This document shows, piece after piece, positions 33,843 through 43,923 of a DNA stretch of 64,000 bases (its first letter is position 1; each line of letters starts with the position of its first letter). The notes below the pieces were generated by a model that saw nothing but the letters and a program-made list of their open reading frames with translations, did not search any database and was not told where the DNA came from. Source of the DNA: Opitutales bacterium. GTDB taxonomy: Bacteria > Verrucomicrobiota > Verrucomicrobiia > Opitutales > UBA2987. The stretch is from assembly GCA_965226885.1 (NCBI GenBank), contig CBDDEL010000011.1, positions 315,362 through 379,361 of the forward strand. The letters run 5' to 3'. A program made the translations under genes and the position numbers.

Positions 33843-34804
33843 CACGAATCGGCAGCATAGACGAAGTCCTGGAATAACCGTTGTTTTTTACCCCTTAGTT
33901 CGAACCATTCTTTGGCCTGCTTTTGCAACTGCTGGGCGTCTTGCTGCAAGCGTGCATTGCGAGCCATCCCCACGATGTAACTAACTTCGTTGCGGTCGCA
34001 CCAAGAGAGTATCCGGTCTCGACAAAATCCACTGTCGGCGCGCCAAATAATCCGCGTACGGGGCCAGCTTTGGCGAATCCGTTTAACCAGCAATTTGAGG
34101 ATGGCCCCGGCATGCTTGCTGGCATCGATCTTGCTCGGCCGCAGGTAGGCCACCAGCAGCTGATCACCGCAAAAAACATATAGCGGCAGAAAACAGTAAT
34201 GATCATAATAACCGTGGAAAAAACGTCCCTCCTGGAGCCCGTGCACCGGATTGTCGGTGGCGTCAAAGTCCAGGATGATCTCTTCGGGTTCCTCGGCAAA
34301 GGAGCCCATGAACTGTTCGACCAACAGCTCGTTTACCGCAAAGGCCGCCCGCCGATCCTGCCCGTTTTCAAAACGACACAAAGTCGGCGCGCTGGCCAAC
34401 GTTTCAATGCGCCCCGTTACCGTTTGCAACAATGGATCGTGGCGCAGGGTATCAAAGTCGTTCAAATCCTCATAGCCCGCCACCAGCCCGTAAACGCGCT
34501 GCCGCAGCATCCCCAATACCTCATGGCGTACTTTGCCCTTCTGCCGTTTGTCCACTAACTGTCGGGCCGCTCGTTCGGTCAAGCCCAACTGCCGATCCAC
34601 TTCCCGGATCAAAAGCAGTCCGGCATCCGAAGTAACCTCTCCGCCCTTGAAATCAACCCGCACACGGCGGCCTTTTACCCTTGTCAACTGTAGCTTTAAT
34701 TGTTTACCTTTTGTCATCGCTGATATTGCTTTAATTATTGATCTATCCTGCTGTATATCAGCAGTTAAGCATATCAACGATACTTTTTTTACGAAATATC
34801 CGGG
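33843..34804 (-). mobile_element. IS1380-family element, truncated by IS21
   Basis: Left inverted repeat at 34804; transposase breaks at YAADS; the remainder is absent from the other side of IS21. Confidence 0.92.
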
Positions 34805-34933
34805 TTAGGGGCCAAGGATTACCTCGAAACCGCTCAATTGCTCGGAGTAGAATGCACCTTTTCCAAGGCCTTCAAGCCAAACGAACTCCTTGAGAAGGTC
34901 AAAGAATTGATTTCTCCCAACCCCGGCCCGTAA
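34805..34933 (+). pseudogene. C-terminal remnant of a response-regulator receiver domain
   Basis: Translates as LGAKDYLETAQLLGVECTFSKAFKPNELLEKVKELI, resembling receiver-domain alpha4-beta5-alpha5. Confidence 0.6.
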
Positions 34934-35065
34934 AAAAATCGATTATTCTGAATATTCATAGGGAATATTCTGGATGAAATATTCGTGAGGCAAAGTTACG
35001 TTTGGCGTGGATACCGGCAACTATTTTTAATCGATTTCCGGCAAGTAGTTTCCTAGAAAAGCGTC

Positions 35066-36331
35066 ATGTCGGAAAAAGCGAATAAACCGGTCCGGTTGAT
35101 AGTTGTTGGGGCGGGCAACCGGGGCATTGGCTATGCCACCTACGCTTTGGCTCATCCGTGTGAGGCAAAAATCGTTGGCGTGGCCGAACCGCGGAAAGCC
35201 TATCGGGAGAAATTGGCGCTCGATCATGGTATTCCCGATAAAAATGTTTTTCAAAGCTGGGAGGATTTAGTGGCCAGGGATCGTTTTGCGGATGCCGCCA
35301 TTATCGCCACTCAGGACGCCTTGCATGTTGAACCGGCCATGGCATTTAGCGGCAAAGGCTATCATCTGCTGCTGGAGAAACCGATGGCGCCCGATGAGAA
35401 CGGCTGCCGGCGCATCGTTTCGGCGGCTCTGGAAAACAAAAAAATTATCGCCGTATGTCACGTTCTGCGCTACACTCGTTACACCAAGACACTTAAGCGA
35501 ATGCTGGATTCTGGCGCCATTGGGGAGATCGTTTCCATTCATCATCTGGAACCGGTCGGCTACTGGCACCAGGCGCATTCTTTCGTGCGTGGAAACTGGA
35601 GGAGCGAAGAGGAATCCTCACCCATGCTGCTGGCTAAATCGTGCCACGACATTGATTGGATTTGCTACCTTATGGGAGCGAAATGCACTGCGGTATCTTC
35701 ATTTGGAGGGCTCCATCATTTCAAGAAAAGTGAAAACCCGATCCAAGCTGGAGAGGCTGAATTCTGTTTGGATTGCCGTTTTGAACCTGAATGCGCCTAT
35801 TCAGCCAAAAAGATTTACCTGGGACGGCTGGAAAAAGGGCAATCGGGGTGGCCGGTTAAAACGCTTAGCTTAAATCCCACATTGGAGAGCGTGACCAAGG
35901 CCCTTCGCGAGGGAGCCTATGGGAGGTGCGTTTACGAATGCGACAACGACGTAGTCGATCATCAAGTTGTCAATATGCAATTCGAGGGAGGAGGGACGGC
36001 GGCTTTTACCATGACCGCATTCACCGAGGCAGGTAACCGCAAAACCCATATTTTTGGGACCAAGGGCGAGATTTACGGAGACGGTTCCAAAATCCGCCGT
36101 TTTGATTTTTTGACGGATTCAACCGAGATTATTGATAGCCAACTTGCATCTCCCACGATTCTTGAAGGTCACGGGGGAGGCGACCTGGGTTTGATGGAGG
36201 ATTTTGTCTCAGCCGTGGCAAACAATGATCCACAAAAAATCCTTACGGAACCGGAGGAAACATTGGAATCTCACCGGATAATATTCGCCGCCGAGAGGTC
36301 TCGACGTGAAGGTCGCATAGTCAATCTGTGA
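35066..36331 (+). CDS. Gfo/Idh/MocA-family oxidoreductase
   Basis: VGAGNRG, LLEKPM, HSFVRGNW, KSCHDID and GHGGGD motifs. Confidence 0.93.
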   Translation: MSEKANKPVRLIVVGAGNRGIGYATYALAHPCEAKIVGVAEPRKAYREKLALDHGIPDKNVFQSWEDLVARDRFADAAIIATQDALHVEPAMAFSGKGYHLLLEKPMAPDENGCRRIVSAALENKKIIAVCHVLRYTRYTKTLKRMLDSGAIGEIVSIHHLEPVGYWHQAHSFVRGNWRSEEESSPMLLAKSCHDIDWICYLMGAKCTAVSSFGGLHHFKKSENPIQAGEAEFCLDCRFEPECAYSAKKIYLGRLEKGQSGWPVKTLSLNPTLESVTKALREGAYGRCVYECDNDVVDHQVVNMQFEGGGTAAFTMTAFTEAGNRKTHIFGTKGEIYGDGSKIRRFDFLTDSTEIIDSQLASPTILEGHGGGDLGLMEDFVSAVANNDPQKILTEPEETLESHRIIFAAERSRREGRIVNL

Positions 36332-36395
36332 ATTCGGCCCAATGTTTCTTTCCCATCTTTTGATAATTCGCAAAAGCAATAAAAGCTAAAACCCC

Positions 36396-37655
36396 ATGAA
36401 ATCATTAAATTGGATCATTAAAGGAGGCCGGGTCATCGATCCGGCAAATGGCATTGACGGAATTCGCGATGTGGCCATTGAGGCAGGGCGAATCGTGGCG
36501 GTGGCGGAGACTGAGGCTTTGGACTACGATGGAGCGGAACAGGTCTATGACGCTGCTGGCAAGCTGGTGGTTCCGGGCCTCATCGACATTCATGCGCACA
36601 TCTATCATTTGGTTATTCCATTGGGGGTAGATGCCGATTACTACTGCCTGGGACGGGGTGTCACGACTGCTGTCGACGCCGGCAGCGCGGGTTGCGATAA
36701 TTTTCCGGGATTCCGGGCATTTACTGTGGAACGGGCCAAGACGCGTTTGCTTGCTTTCTTGAATATATCGCGCGCGGGTCTCGCCTTTGTCAGCCGTTTC
36801 GGGGACGATGTGCCGAGAGAGCTGGATTTATTGAAACTGATCCATACTCAGGATTGCATTGATTGCATCGAATCTAATCGGGATCTATTAATCGGAGTCA
36901 AGGTACGGCTAACGGATACCGACATGGGTGATCAGGGATGCCATGAAGCGGCCGCTTACCAAGGGGCGCAGACAGCGGCTCAAGCCACTGGCCTGCCTTT
37001 AATGACGCACCATAGTTTTTCGTCAGTGCCCCGGGAAGCCTGTCCCGGAAAGTTGGAACCTGGCGATATCTATACGCATGCCTATCATGGGTTTGTCAGT
37101 ACGATTATCGACATGGATACACGCCGTGTGCACCTGGCAGTGCGGGCAGCCCGCGAAAGAGGGGTGCTATTCGATATTGGGCATGGGTTCGGATCGTTTA
37201 ACTGGACGGTGGGAGAAATCTGCGCCCAGGAGGGATTCTGGCCCGACCTCATCAGCACGGATGTGCATGCTCTGACCAGTGAGGGCCCTGCCTATGATAT
37301 GCCCACTGTGATGACCCGATTGCTCCACCTGGGCATGCCTTTGGGCGATGTGATTAAGGCATCGACCATCAATGCGGCGAAGGCAATCGGCTGGGAAGAC
37401 CGTATCGGAACATTGGGAATTGGACGCGAAGCGGACATCGCAGTACTGGAGATCAAGGAGGTGGATAGAGAGCTTGAAGATTGCAATGCCCAGATGAGAT
37501 GGATCAAACAACGCTTGATAACCCAGGCAGTGTGGCGTTTCGGCATGCCGGGGCAGATCACCCGGCCACTCCATTTTCCCAATTTTAAAATGATCGAAAA
37601 AACCAAGGCCCGGCAGAGTAAAATGCTTATTCGTGACCCGCAGTCCGATCATTAG
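36396..37655 (+). CDS. Amidohydrolase/deacetylase-family metallohydrolase (dihydroorotase-like)
   Basis: PGLIDIHAH, GVTTAVDAGSAG, GDIYTH, FDIGHG and ISTDVH motifs. Confidence 0.9.
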   Translation: MKSLNWIIKGGRVIDPANGIDGIRDVAIEAGRIVAVAETEALDYDGAEQVYDAAGKLVVPGLIDIHAHIYHLVIPLGVDADYYCLGRGVTTAVDAGSAGCDNFPGFRAFTVERAKTRLLAFLNISRAGLAFVSRFGDDVPRELDLLKLIHTQDCIDCIESNRDLLIGVKVRLTDTDMGDQGCHEAAAYQGAQTAAQATGLPLMTHHSFSSVPREACPGKLEPGDIYTHAYHGFVSTIIDMDTRRVHLAVRAARERGVLFDIGHGFGSFNWTVGEICAQEGFWPDLISTDVHALTSEGPAYDMPTVMTRLLHLGMPLGDVIKASTINAAKAIGWEDRIGTLGIGREADIAVLEIKEVDRELEDCNAQMRWIKQRLITQAVWRFGMPGQITRPLHFPNFKMIEKTKARQSKMLIRDPQSDH

Positions 37656-37715
37656 AGAACGGATCGGCTTGAGGTGCGTTTTCCATCTGTCTTTTTCGAT
37701 CTATTGAATATTGGC

Positions 37716-38813
37716 TTACGGCGCCCCATATCCTATGTCGGCCTGCCAGATTTCAAGGATGCGTTCACCTTCATAGACGACCATGTCGCGATGCAGTGCA
37801 CACGTCATGCAACAATGGCTTGGGACTACATGGACAAGATCGCCAATGTGAAGTTTGTGTCCGGGGAAGTGAACTACGGCGTGTTCTTCCGAAGCGAAGT
37901 CAGGGATTTTCGCCTCTGCATAATCTCGCAATTTGGGCGGTCCAAATTCGTGACCGATGGCCTTACATCCAGCATTGAGTACTAAATGATCCTGGCGAAC
38001 GCTGACGACTCTGGCCAGCACTGTAAGGGCAATGTCGAAATGATCTCCAACTTTTTCCTTATAACACCAGTCCATCGTAACATAGCTGCCAACCTGGAGT
38101 TCGGTGACACCCTCAAGAGATCCGGTAGAACGATAGGTGCCGGTGCTGGCACAGGAGAGGATTGGGCACGCGTGTCCCGCGGCCTCAAGCTGTCTTTTGG
38201 TGTAGAGCGCCTTCTCTATGGAAGCAGTGGCGACCGATTCTCTTTCGACCGGATCAAAGATGGCGGTGGCGTGTCCCTCGTAGGCTTGGAGACCATCGAG
38301 CCATATCCCAGCCAGCGACGAGATTTGCCCGGCAAGTTCAACCGCTGCCTTCCCCGGAGCAACGCCACACCGCCCCATGCCGATATCGACCTCGATCAAT
38401 ACTCCGATTTCAATACCTCGGCTGCGCGCCGACTGAGCGATCGCCTGGGCATTTTCTAAGTTATCGATAGCCACACGAATGTTGGCTCGTGCGGCTAATT
38501 CGGCCAAACGGGAGATGGCCGTTGAACCGACGATTTGATTTGCAATGAGGACGTAATCAATTCCTCCATCGACTAATGACATGGCCTCTACTACCGTTGC
38601 CGCAGTCATGCCCACACATCCTCCTGCGGCCAACTGCTTATGCGCCAAGGGGACGCGTTTGTGGTTCTTGAAGTGCGGTCTCAGCCGGACCTGTTTATTC
38701 TGGACAAACTCAACCGCCCGGTTGATGTTTCGTTGAGCAGTAGGCCAGTCGAGCACCAGCGCAGTGTAAGGAGATCGTAAATCGATGATGGTTGTGAGGA
38801 CATGGTTCAACAA
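37716..38813 (-). CDS. DSD1/D-threonine aldolase-like PLP-dependent enzyme (fold type III)
   Basis: LRPHFKNHK, EVDIGMGRCGV, QAYEGH, EEH and PSHCC motifs. Confidence 0.88.
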   Translation of the reverse strand: MLNHVLTTIIDLRSPYTALVLDWPTAQRNINRAVEFVQNKQVRLRPHFKNHKRVPLAHKQLAAGGCVGMTAATVVEAMSLVDGGIDYVLIANQIVGSTAISRLAELAARANIRVAIDNLENAQAIAQSARSRGIEIGVLIEVDIGMGRCGVAPGKAAVELAGQISSLAGIWLDGLQAYEGHATAIFDPVERESVATASIEKALYTKRQLEAAGHACPILSCASTGTYRSTGSLEGVTELQVGSYVTMDWCYKEKVGDHFDIALTVLARVVSVRQDHLVLNAGCKAIGHEFGPPKLRDYAEAKIPDFASEEHAVVHFPGHKLHIGDLVHVVPSHCCMTCALHRDMVVYEGERILEIWQADIGYGAP

Positions 38814-38985
38814 TTTCGAATGCGAGGCGCATTGAAAGAAGCAGGATGCATTCGAAAACTTCAGAGGTCGATAATTATAAAAATTCTAAAGATTTATTTG
38901 GCGCCACCGAACTCAGACCGATCCCTTCGAGCCCTGCAATGCACACTTAGTGATGATAACATAGAATACTCACCAATTATGAATT

Positions 38986-40410
38986 ATGAACGTTGACCCT
39001 TTCCCTGCCCCTCCAAATATCGTAATCGTTATGTCCGACGAGCACGATCCCGGCGTGACGGGTTGCTATGGGGATACCATTGTCGAAACGCCGAACATCG
39101 ACCGGCTGGCGCGCGAAGGCGTGACCTTTGACGCCTGTTACACAACATCGCCGCTTTGCGCGCCCGCCCGTCTCAGCTTCACCGCCTGCCAGTACATCAG
39201 CCGGATCGGCGGTTGGAGCAACGACTGTAGCCTGCGCCCCGATTCGGGTTCGACCATCGCCAGGGTTCTTCAGGGGGCCGGTTACGAGACTTTCCTTTGC
39301 GGCAAGCAGCACTATGAACGCGACCTTCGCTACGGTTTTACGGATATACTGCCGGAGGCCAGCTCGAACAAGGGAAGCCCCCACGGGCGGGGCGAACGTC
39401 GTCATCCCAACGACTTCTCGCAAAGTGTGGATGGAGGGGAGGGTTGGCAGAGTCGATGCGCTCAGTTCCATCCGGGAGACGACTCCCGCATCCTGCGCCA
39501 TGATCGCTTGGTAACCGCGCGGGCCTGCGATTTCCTTGGGAATCGTCGATCGGGTGATTGTCCTTTTCTGCTCTTTGTCGGTCACCTGGCGCCACATTTT
39601 CCTCTCATCGCTCCGGAGGAAATTTACCGGAAATACCAAGGACGCGTGCCCATGCCCGATATTCCGGAGGGCTTGATCGCGAACCTTCCGACCAATTACC
39701 GGCATTTGCGCCACGGGTTCGGTTTGGAGAATATAGATCCGGCAGTGGTGCGACTCGGCCGTGAGCTTTACTGGGCTCTCGTGGATTGGTACGATGGCCA
39801 AGTTGGCGAGGTGATGGAGGCTCTGCGCCAGAGTGCCGTAACCGAAAATACGGTGGTGATTTACACTTCGGATCACGGCGAGAACAAGGGCGATCATGGG
39901 TTGTGGTGGAAGAACAATATGTACGAACACGCGGCGCGCATACCGCTTGTCATGTCGTGCCCGGATCGTTGGGCAGGCGGTCAACGCCGGGCGGGCGCCT
40001 GTTCGCTCGTCGATCTCGTGCAAACGCTCGCGCATCTTGGAGGCGCCGACAGGCCCGAGTCGTGGGACGGCGATTCCATGTTGCCGTGGCTTGATGATGG
40101 GAATGTTCCGTGGAAGGATGAAGCGGTCAGCGAATACTATGGGCACAACATCGTTTCTGGAATAACCATGTATCGGAGCGGGTCGTGGAAATACATCTAT
40201 CACGCCCGTGGGGATGAGCGGTCGGAACCGGAACGGGAGCTTTTTGACCTGGAAACCGATCCCAAGGAGTTCTGCAACCTCGCTAACGATCCGAAACAGG
40301 CGGAACGCCTTGCGGCAATGCACGAATCGTTGGTGCGTGAACTTGGATACGAGCCCGATGAAGCTGAAATTAGGTGTCGCCGCGACTACGCCCGTGGTTA
40401 CGGACCTTAA
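38986..40410 (+). CDS. Sulfatase (choline-sulfatase-like, formylglycine-dependent)
   Basis: PNIVIVMSDEH, CAPAR, GKQH, PHFP and YTSDHGE motifs. Confidence 0.93.
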   Translation: MNVDPFPAPPNIVIVMSDEHDPGVTGCYGDTIVETPNIDRLAREGVTFDACYTTSPLCAPARLSFTACQYISRIGGWSNDCSLRPDSGSTIARVLQGAGYETFLCGKQHYERDLRYGFTDILPEASSNKGSPHGRGERRHPNDFSQSVDGGEGWQSRCAQFHPGDDSRILRHDRLVTARACDFLGNRRSGDCPFLLFVGHLAPHFPLIAPEEIYRKYQGRVPMPDIPEGLIANLPTNYRHLRHGFGLENIDPAVVRLGRELYWALVDWYDGQVGEVMEALRQSAVTENTVVIYTSDHGENKGDHGLWWKNNMYEHAARIPLVMSCPDRWAGGQRRAGACSLVDLVQTLAHLGGADRPESWDGDSMLPWLDDGNVPWKDEAVSEYYGHNIVSGITMYRSGSWKYIYHARGDERSEPERELFDLETDPKEFCNLANDPKQAERLAAMHESLVRELGYEPDEAEIRCRRDYARGYGP

Positions 40411-40457
40411 CAGAGGTCAAAAGGGGTCAGGTCGAATCTGGCGACATGATTCTTTTG

Positions 40458-41543
40458 TTAATCGTACTTTTCTCGTAAACGTTGGGCCGCTTCCGTTTCA
40501 TTTTTCAGTTTTTTATAAACTTCATCCAGACTGGCTTGGGCGGCGGACCCGGGGGCGAATCCGCAATCGGGATTGAGGGTGATTCTTTCCGGGGCGACAT
40601 AACGCAAAGCGGCCTCGACGCGTTCGACAATGGTTTCGGGCGAATCGATGACTCCCGGCTGGCAATTGACGCACCCCAGACCGATTTCAAAATCTTCCCG
40701 CAGTTTTTTGAACACACACATGTCGCCGGACCCCGGGGCCGTAAACTCCATTGTCAGGTGGTGCACATGGAGGCGATTCAACTGGTCCAGAATGGGATCG
40801 TAACCGCCTTCGTGATGCTCGCTTCCGCGCATCCGGGCACCCGCCCTGCGGCACAGGTGCACGGCCAGGCGCAGCCCATCAATGCCATCTACCAGCCCGT
40901 TGACCATATCCACTGCGAAATCAGAGGCTTTCACCGGATCATCGTAATTTTGCCTCACCTTGTCATCTACGAAGAGGCATAAATGGGGATCGTCGATTTG
41001 CACGATGGTGGTCCCGATTTTTCTCAGCAGTTCCAACTCGCGCCGCAGGATGGGAACGCAATCGCGGACGAAATCTTCTCGTTTGGGATAGGCTTTTATC
41101 GATTTTTGCGGATGCCACATTCTCTCCCCGAGGAGGGCCGGCGCAGGTAGGGTCGATTTTATTTTATGATCCGTGATCGACTTTAAAAAAGCGGCTTCGC
41201 GGGCAATGAATCCGGGATTCTTTGGTTCGAGCTTATCCACCACAATCGTCCAGGGCAGGCCGTCCCTGGGATTTTGACTCAACTCGAAACCGTGTGCCAA
41301 TTCCGCAATTACGCCAATGTAGGATTTGCGTCCCCATTCTCCGTCCGTTATAATATCGAGACCGGCTTGTTCCTGCATTGCCACGATGTAGCGGATGGAA
41401 GATTTCATCAAACGGTCGTAAGTTTCTAAAGATGGATTCGAATTGCCAAATATGAGATCTTTGACAAAATCGGACCGCGGCATGGAACCGACCACGCTGG
41501 AGGGAAACAATTTTCCGTAATGATTTTGCGCCTTTGTTGTCAT
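40458..41543 (-). CDS. Cobalamin-independent methionine synthase II family protein
   Basis: VVGSMPR, QAGLDIITDGE, VHLC and NPDCGF zinc-ligand motifs; single-barrel length. Confidence 0.9.
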   Translation of the reverse strand: MTTKAQNHYGKLFPSSVVGSMPRSDFVKDLIFGNSNPSLETYDRLMKSSIRYIVAMQEQAGLDIITDGEWGRKSYIGVIAELAHGFELSQNPRDGLPWTIVVDKLEPKNPGFIAREAAFLKSITDHKIKSTLPAPALLGERMWHPQKSIKAYPKREDFVRDCVPILRRELELLRKIGTTIVQIDDPHLCLFVDDKVRQNYDDPVKASDFAVDMVNGLVDGIDGLRLAVHLCRRAGARMRGSEHHEGGYDPILDQLNRLHVHHLTMEFTAPGSGDMCVFKKLREDFEIGLGCVNCQPGVIDSPETIVERVEAALRYVAPERITLNPDCGFAPGSAAQASLDEVYKKLKNETEAAQRLREKYD

Positions 41544-41595
41544 AAGTTGTTATGGGCTTGAATGTCTTTGCTAACGGAAAATGAATTCCGGCCAT

Positions 41596-42360
41596 TTACG
41601 GGTTGAATTTTTCCGGCCACACGCGGTTGGCGTGGGCGTAGTCTTCCTCCGTATCTATTTCCACGTAGTCCCCGTCGGTCGTAACGTAATGAAAGGTGAT
41701 TCCATTTTCTATCATGTCCTGAAATATATGAATGAGGTAGGCTTTTTCGAACACTTCCGCTTCCCGCCAGGGCCGGCCTTTAAATTCCTTCTCAAGGCGG
41801 GAAAAGTGTTCGATCAGGAGTGCCGCTCCGGAAGGAGAAAATTTCGCCACGCCAATATATTCTCCAACCGCTTCTTGCGAATCCAAATCCCGATGGATGC
41901 AGGTGATGGTATCGGCCTCGGCCGTTATTTTTTCGGCGTCGTCCTCGGGATGTTGCAGCCTGTTGCGGTAGCGTTTGCGCCAATCGGTATCCACGCATAA
42001 AACAATGTCGCCAGGGTGTTTGATGGCTTTTTCGACCACTGTGTTTCGAAAGAGAATGTCGGAATAGGCGCAGACAAATCCGTCGTTCATGTGTTGCACT
42101 GCATGCATGAGCGAGATCAGGATGTTGTTATTTTCCCAATCAGTGTTTTCACAATAAGTGAATTGAGGATAATCGGTCTGGATTTGGTCAATCTTGTAAC
42201 CGCCAATAAACACCGGATTGGCCAATCCGGCTCCGGCGAATGCATCAAGCGTCCAGTCCAGAATGGACCGATTTCCAATCCTGACATAACATTTCGGTTG
42301 ATCGACCGTCATGGCGTTCAAGCGTTTTCCCCTGCCGGCTCCAATGATAATCGATTGCAT
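41596..42360 (-). CDS. Nucleotidyltransferase (phosphocholine cytidylyltransferase/LicC-like)
   Basis: GAGRGKRL...PKC, YSDILF, GEYIG and EIDTEED motifs. Confidence 0.85.
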   Translation of the reverse strand: MQSIIIGAGRGKRLNAMTVDQPKCYVRIGNRSILDWTLDAFAGAGLANPVFIGGYKIDQIQTDYPQFTYCENTDWENNNILISLMHAVQHMNDGFVCAYSDILFRNTVVEKAIKHPGDIVLCVDTDWRKRYRNRLQHPEDDAEKITAEADTITCIHRDLDSQEAVGEYIGVAKFSPSGAALLIEHFSRLEKEFKGRPWREAEVFEKAYLIHIFQDMIENGITFHYVTTDGDYVEIDTEEDYAHANRVWPEKFNP

Positions 42361-43420
42361 TCGTTATATAATAAGGCGTGAAAAGTTCGAAAAAATTGTT
42401 TATGTTTGCCGATGAGTACCGGCGATTTCTGGCCCATTGATTTTGCGCTGCCTGGCCAGATCATTAGCGCGGGTGGGATGCTCCAAGGATTTTCTGGGGT
42501 CGTCAAGTTTCCTTTCATAAATACGCGCCATCAGCCGGTGCGCAGGAGGATGCCTTTGACTTCATCTTCAATTTTCAGAATGATTGATAGTTCACGGTTT
42601 AATCCTTGAGGATCCCGAGGAGGGCAATTCCTTTCCAATCTACCGCAGTGCCTGTTTTCAACACGGGAAAATGGTGTATTTCATTGTCATTATTGACGGA
42701 TAAAATGAAATATTTCAGGGCTCAGGGCCGAATTTAACATCAACTGCTTGAAAATTATGAGGTTGTAGCCGTGGCCAATGGGCCCCGCGAGTTGTCAATA
42801 AGCCTCATTTCTGGCCAGCTTGCCGGGTTAGCAGAGCCGAGGGGATACTTTTTCACCTGAAATTGTTAAGTTCAGGATTGCCAAATTAATTTACCCGAAG
42901 CAGGGTATTCCAGATCCATTGAAAAATTGCAAAATCCTGATAAATCCTCTTTTCTGCCAGTGAATTACAAATTTAATTGAAAAATTTGGCCAAAATTTGC
43001 AAATAAGCTTGTAATCATCGGTTGCATTGTCGCTACCTACCATCTGTTATGTTCAGAAAAATGAATTGTGATTTCGAATTTCGGCACATTGCTATTGTTG
43101 TTAAAGGCATCAGCAGGATGATGGATTTCTATCCTGGCTTGCTTGTAAGGATTTAAGATCAAATGAAAGCTTGATATAGTATCATATGATTTTAGAAAGG
43201 GTATCATATGATTTTAGAAAGGGTTTAGAAAGGGAATAGCAATGCCCAAAGCGAATGCCAGGGGAGCCCGTTGAATTTGAATAAATCTGGGGTGTTTCCA
43301 GTCGAATCATCAATGTGGTTTGATTTTATATTTTATATTTGTCCCGGCAAAAGGAAAAATTCTTTGGAAAAGCAGAATACTGCGAAAGATTAATATTAAC
43401 AAAACAAGGAGAAGTAAGTT

Positions 43421-43624
43421 ATGAGTACAGGTACAGTAAAGTGGTTCAATGCAGACAAAGGTTATGGTTTCATCGCTCCAGATGATGGAGGGAAGGATCT
43501 GTTCGTACACCATTCCGATGTCAAGGTATCGGGCTATGCAACGCTCAATGAAGGCCAGAAAGTAGATTACGAAGTGGGAGAAGGACAGAAGGGCCCGTGT
43601 GCAAAAAACGTTGAGCCCAATTGA
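43421..43624 (+). CDS. Cold-shock protein (CspA family)
   Basis: [15 protein letters not shown] and DLFVHHS motifs; AGGAG ribosome-binding site upstream. Confidence 0.97.
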   Translation: MSTGTVKWFNADKGYGFIAPDDGGKDLFVHHSDVKVSGYATLNEGQKVDYEVGEGQKGPCAKNVEPN

Positions 43625-43653
43625 TTTTATTACTCACATGAGTCATTGAAGAA

Positions 43654-43773
43654 GGCTGGTTGTTGATTTGCCGACCCCAGTGGTTAATGAGCAAATTACA
43701 AAGAATGATGTGATGCCACTTCATTGATGCTAATCAACTACTCAGGGCTGAGGACTGAAAGAAGAAGCCAGCC
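43654..43773 (+). ncRNA. Candidate structured RNA (long interrupted hairpin)
   Basis: Three nested complementary segments visible by eye, between the csp stop codon and the terminator. Confidence 0.35.
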
Positions 43774-43782
43774 CAGGAATTT

Positions 43783-43816
43783 AGGGGCCGTTCTCGTAAA
43801 AGGGGGCGGCCCTTTT
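43783..43816 (+). terminator. Rho-independent terminator
   Basis: AGGGGCCGTTCTC-loop-GGGGGCGGCCC followed by a T-rich tract. Confidence 0.8.
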
Positions 43817-43923
43817 CTGGTTTTTGCTGTGGTCTAAATATGTCGTTGCCAAAAATATTGTCGAAATAGGTAGTTTATTGGATTATCTGTGCCATCTTGT
43901 CCCACCAATCCAACACTACAATT

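Noticed and set aside
38977..40323. 448-aa minus-strand ORF, and similar long ORFs at 16561-17604 and 11784-12680
   Set aside because: Shadow or alternative-frame ORFs over well-supported genes in GC-rich DNA. Only the tail of 11784-12680 is real, as the start of the epimerase pseudogene.
42361..43420. 1-kb AT-rich gap with short ORFs
   Set aside because: No recognisable protein motifs; probably eroded DNA plus the csp promoter and leader, which I cannot delimit.
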